This document shows, piece after piece, positions 46,701 to 50,490 of a DNA stretch of 50,490 nucleotides. Source of the stretch: a virus (Duplodnaviria; Caudoviricetes). The stretch is from IMG/VR virus record IMGVR_UViG_3300018067_000002, positions 1 to 50,490 of that record; one strand, written 5' to 3'. The position numbers and the translations under genes are program-made. Position 1 is the first letter of the stretch. The number at the start of each line of letters is the position of its first letter. The notes beneath the pieces were generated by a model. That model searched no databases. It saw only the letters and a program-made list of their open reading frames with translations, and had not been told where the DNA came from.

Positions 46701-49700
46701 CTACGAAGACTGGATACCGTATCTCAAGCGAAAAGCTAGTGAGATTTATAACTGGCGTCCTACACCTCTGCCTCCAGTTACTCAACCGCCTGTTAATACG
46801 CTTCGGACGACACCGAACGCACCTGCAAAACCGTTCAAACCGGCGGCTGTTGACCTATATAATACTGTAAAGTCAAATCTAGAGAAGTCCAACGTATCAA
46901 AACTCTGGACGTCACCTGCTGAGACGGTAGCCAAAAAGGTTGTCAATTCAGGTAGTGAGTTCATGGGGCGCGTCGGAGCTGTCACGAGCCATCCAGCAGG
47001 AAAGTTTGTTGGCGCGCTCGCTGACGCCTACGATCCGAGATCTACAGGTTCCGAAAAGAAAACGGGCTACGAGCCCTGGTGGGAAGCTGGTAAAGCTGTA
47101 GTCGAAGGTCTTTCAGATCCTACTGCGCCACAGACTTCTCCATCACAAGCTATCCGAGAAAGATCTCCTTACACATCGCCGGACCCGTTATCGACGACTC
47201 TCGCCAGTTTCGGTGCAGATGCAGTCCTCGACCCATCAAACGCGCTCGGTGGCGGAGCGACTGCTAAAGGAGCAATGGCTCTAGCCGGGATGGGTGGAGA
47301 CGCCGCTGGTCTAGCATCCATTCCGATGTGGTTGTGGAAAAAACAGAACAATATCGAAGCCTTTTCGCATGGTGCAGGTAGCACGCAAGACATCGAATCG
47401 ATGTATAAGAGCGGCCTACAACAGCGTGTAGGTGACGACGTTCTACAGCGTTGGTTCCATACCATCGGTATCTCTCCAGAAGACATGGCCGCAGACCGTG
47501 CGGCTGGCATGATTCCCAAGCACAAGTATGGTTGGGGCACGTCACACATGCCTGTGCAGGCAAGTCCTAACATAGAGGTCCTCAACCTCTTAGAGCCTGT
47601 GCCAAAGGAAGATATCGAGAAGATCGTAGCAACGCTGCATCCAGACAAGGATCGAAACAGAATTGATGACATCTGGCGCGCGTGGCGAGATCAGTCTCAA
47701 TACGTCGTGCCTCGTGCAGACCAGATTTCTGGTAGGGTTCCATACAAGTCAGTCCGATCTGAGCCTGGATCGGAGGCGCACAAAGCTGTAAAGAAGCTCG
47801 AGAGAGCAATTACAGGATCTGCTAACGTCTACGGCAAGACTGGTATATCTCCCGAAGGATCGCCTGTCAACCATCCTGGAATGGAGACGAAGGCGTGGCA
47901 AGCTATCGCTCATCGTGACACCTCAGGTGGCAACGAAGAGGCGATGGCTTTCAATCCAGACTATGCTCTGGTCTCAACCAAGACGGAAAAACTCGCATCT
48001 GGTGAGCCTGCTCCGTATAAGCCGCTTGGTAGATACGGTAATGAGACATTTCCCAAAGATTTGCATCTAGCGCAGAGGACACCTGTCCCTGCTGTCCAAG
48101 CGCCTGTTACACCTCCGCCCGCTAACGTGCCTGTTCCGTCAGGCGCTGTTTTCAAAGATCCTATGGGAAATGCCTATAACTTTACAGGCACTCCTTACAA
48201 TCAGGGATACAACTATTACAAGCTAGTTGCTCATAAGAACGCGCCTCCAGAGGAAGTCAAAGCAGCTTGGGACGCTTTGTCAACTGCTGGAAAGAATAAG
48301 TTCAAGGACAACTGGCCAGCTACGTTTGAATCTAAGGTCGTTCCTCATATCTCTGGTCCAGCTAAAGCTCCTGTTCAGGCTAAGGCAGCCGTGCAGATGC
48401 CGTCTTCTTTTCTCAAGAATATGAAGAAGGCAGGCTATACAGATCAGGAAGCTAAGACAATCTGGGAAGCTGGTGGGACGCCTACTAAGGGACCTGAGCC
48501 AGAACTCCAGACACATCTTAACGATCTGAAAGGTATTTGGGAATCGTCTGGTGTGCCACTCCCGGCAGACACAGATATTAACGACTTTTTTGATGCAGCT
48601 AACCCAGGTCATGCTGGCCTGACACCTAAGGCCGCGCACGAGCTAGTATCGGATTATCTCAAGTGGAGTAATCCTGAGGCAGCAAAGGAAGTTGATGATC
48701 TCTGGGCCAGCAAACAGGCTGGTATAGACGCGCTCGCTCAGATTCCAAAGCCTCCGAACGCAATTGCTGACGTTATCGAGGATTTTCATGCAAATATATT
48801 CGGAGGTAATTACTCAGACGCTGAAGTAGCTAAAAAGTTTCATGAGTTAGACCCAGCTGAGCAAGCTGCTTATAAGAAAGCTCATCCTCATGGTTTAGAC
48901 TTCTTAAACTTTTCAGAACCTGTTAAGGTTCAGTCAGCTAATCCACCAAGCTCTAAGTGGGACGTCTTTGATCCGTATCAAGGAAACGTCAAGAAGACGT
49001 TTGATACGAAAGCTGAAGCCGACGCTTACAAAGCCGCACGTGGTGGCGAAGGTTGGGAAGTTGGAGAACACGACACAGGATATCCATCTGTCAATCCAAA
49101 TCACATTAACTGGACAGCAGCACATCCAGTAAATGCTGGAGCTGTAGATACAGCCGATGCGATTGACGTCTTTCAGCATCCAGAAGGTAAGACAATCGCA
49201 ACATTCTCAACACAGGCTGAGGCCGACGCGTATATAAAGAATCATCCAAATTCAGATATGCTCGATACATCACCACACGATCCGGCATTCGGAACTGACG
49301 TTAAGTCACTTCCTCCGATGCCGAAAGGTTGGGGTTCAGTCGGCACGTCGACACCTGGAGGTGCGCGTGCTACTAAGTCGGATGCAGACATACTTGCAGC
49401 TGAGTTTGAGAAAGGTCTTTTTGGTAGCTCTGATCTCTCACCTGCAGAGGCGTTGGACGAATACAATAGTTTTTCAGCAGACATCAAAGCGGCGTTCAAA
49501 AAGAATCATCCTGACTCATATAAAGATCTGATGAACTTCCGAACGCACGGAGACATCGATCCAAACTATCACGGTGGCTATGACCCAGGAGATGAAGTTG
49601 ATTGGACCAAACTTGGTACCCACGTTGAGGACGTCCAACCAGATACACATCACAATTACTGGGAGAGCACGAGCGCGCCTAAAACTGGAACGCAGTCGTT

Positions 49701-50490
49701 GCACGGAATCGAGTTCAAGCCAGTCGATAAACCTGACTTCAAAGCGGGTATGAATTTCTCAATCAATGCCCCTGCATTTGAGCCAGTTAAAGGAAAGAAA
49801 CAGGCTGCTGGTGTAGTTATGGTTGAACCAGACGGTCGAGTCTGGATCATACATCCGAAAGGACAATTTGGTGGCTATAAATCGACGTTTCCAAAGGGAA
49901 CTGTCGATGCTGGCGAGCATATGCAAGAAGCTGCCTTGCGCGAAGTGTTCGAGGAATCAGGGCTTACAGCGAAGATCACCGGTCATTTGACCGATGTAGA
50001 ACGGACCACTTCCAAGACTCGGTTCTATATCGGTGAACGGACAGGTGGCGCGCCTTGGGCACACGGGCATGAGACAGAAGGTGTTTCACTCCTCAATCCA
50101 AAAGACCCTGGATTCGCCAAGCAACTTCAAGACATCTACGGTTCTGATACGTCAGATCATAAGGTGCTCGAGGCTCTTAAAAGCCATCTCAGCTTACAAG
50201 AGGATCTGAAATCTGGCAAGACAGTTCAGGCACCTAAAGGTTTTCCTGAGCCGTCAAAAGCCAAGCCATACGAGAACGCACCGACTGGCTATCAACTCAA
50301 AGAAAAGAACGCCAAGCTCGCTGGAGTTCACGAGAAACACATTTATACGAAGAACGGTCAGGACTATATCTTCAAGCCAACGAAGCATCCTGAGTTCGTT
50401 TTGCATAACGAGAAGGCTGCAAACGACATCGCTGGACTCGCAGGTCTGCACGACCCAAAGATGACGGTCGAGACGGTTGATGGCAAAAAA
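46693..50490 (+). CDS. 1433-aa multidomain protein (Nudix hydrolase plus kinase-like domain), continues to base 627
   Basis: Read by hand: open from ATG 46693 with no stop to the window end; Nudix box GTVDAGEHMQEAALREVFEESGL at 49897-49965. Confidence 0.88.
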   Translation, partial: MADYEDWIPYLKRKASEIYNWRPTPLPPVTQPPVNTLRTTPNAPAKPFKPAAVDLYNTVKSNLEKSNVSKLWTSPAETVAKKVVNSGSEFMGRVGAVTSHPAGKFVGALADAYDPRSTGSEKKTGYEPWWEAGKAVVEGLSDPTAPQTSPSQAIRERSPYTSPDPLSTTLASFGADAVLDPSNALGGGATAKGAMALAGMGGDAAGLASIPMWLWKKQNNIEAFSHGAGSTQDIESMYKSGLQQRVGDDVLQRWFHTIGISPEDMAADRAAGMIPKHKYGWGTSHMPVQASPNIEVLNLLEPVPKEDIEKIVATLHPDKDRNRIDDIWRAWRDQSQYVVPRADQISGRVPYKSVRSEPGSEAHKAVKKLERAITGSANVYGKTGISPEGSPVNHPGMETKAWQAIAHRDTSGGNEEAMAFNPDYALVSTKTEKLASGEPAPYKPLGRYGNETFPKDLHLAQRTPVPAVQAPVTPPPANVPVPSGAVFKDPMGNAYNFTGTPYNQGYNYYKLVAHKNAPPEEVKAAWDALSTAGKNKFKDNWPATFESKVVPHISGPAKAPVQAKAAVQMPSSFLKNMKKAGYTDQEAKTIWEAGGTPTKGPEPELQTHLNDLKGIWESSGVPLPADTDINDFFDAANPGHAGLTPKAAHELVSDYLKWSNPEAAKEVDDLWASKQAGIDALAQIPKPPNAIADVIEDFHANIFGGNYSDAEVAKKFHELDPAEQAAYKKAHPHGLDFLNFSEPVKVQSANPPSSKWDVFDPYQGNVKKTFDTKAEADAYKAARGGEGWEVGEHDTGYPSVNPNHINWTAAHPVNAGAVDTADAIDVFQHPEGKTIATFSTQAEADAYIKNHPNSDMLDTSPHDPAFGTDVKSLPPMPKGWGSVGTSTPGGARATKSDADILAAEFEKGLFGSSDLSPAEALDEYNSFSADIKAAFKKNHPDSYKDLMNFRTHGDIDPNYHGGYDPGDEVDWTKLGTHVEDVQPDTHHNYWESTSAPKTGTQSLHGIEFKPVDKPDFKAGMNFSINAPAFEPVKGKKQAAGVVMVEPDGRVWIIHPKGQFGGYKSTFPKGTVDAGEHMQEAALREVFEESGLTAKITGHLTDVERTTSKTRFYIGERTGGAPWAHGHETEGVSLLNPKDPGFAKQLQDIYGSDTSDHKVLEALKSHLSLQEDLKSGKTVQAPKGFPEPSKAKPYENAPTGYQLKEKNAKLAGVHEKHIYTKNGQDYIFKPTKHPEFVLHNEKAANDIAGLAGLHDPKMTVETVDGKK
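50368..50490. repeat. Terminal direct repeat copy 2
   Basis: Identical to 1-123. Confidence 0.97.

Noticed and set aside
50368-50490. 123-bp terminal repeat as a biological DTR
   Set aside because: It falls inside a continuous ORF and is best explained as a circular-assembly overlap; real termini cannot be inferred.

Overview
A complete, circularly permuted dsDNA tailed-phage genome of about 50,367 bp: bases 50368-50490 exactly repeat bases 1-123, an assembly overlap. It has two divergent arms around a non-coding control region (~39.7-41.5 kb). The + arm (41.5 kb through the wrap to 22.5 kb) encodes packaging and virion genes in a podovirus-like order: TerL, a 1433-aa Nudix + HipA/PI-kinase-like protein that spans the contig ends and is missed by the ORF track, portal, scaffold, capsid, adaptor/nozzle, tail fibres and ejection proteins. 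The - arm (22.5-40.9 kb) encodes early and replication genes: UDG-fused family A DNA polymerase, P-loop helicase, ParB-methyltransferase, SSB, Sak4-like ATPase, PD-(D/E)xK nuclease, SNF2 helicase and a beta-helix protein. No integrase, tRNA, CRISPR array, recognisable primase or recognisable endolysin was seen. The standout is a three-gene cassette inside the tail module (13151-16561): a protein with 31 His-x-Asp motifs, a translationally coupled radical SAM/SPASM enzyme whose own tail carries 6 more His-x-Asp motifs, and a Cys-rich DUF483-like/SAM-methyltransferase fusion. This looks like RiPP-style machinery for modifying a virion protein (inference). All family calls come from reading motifs by eye; no searches were run.
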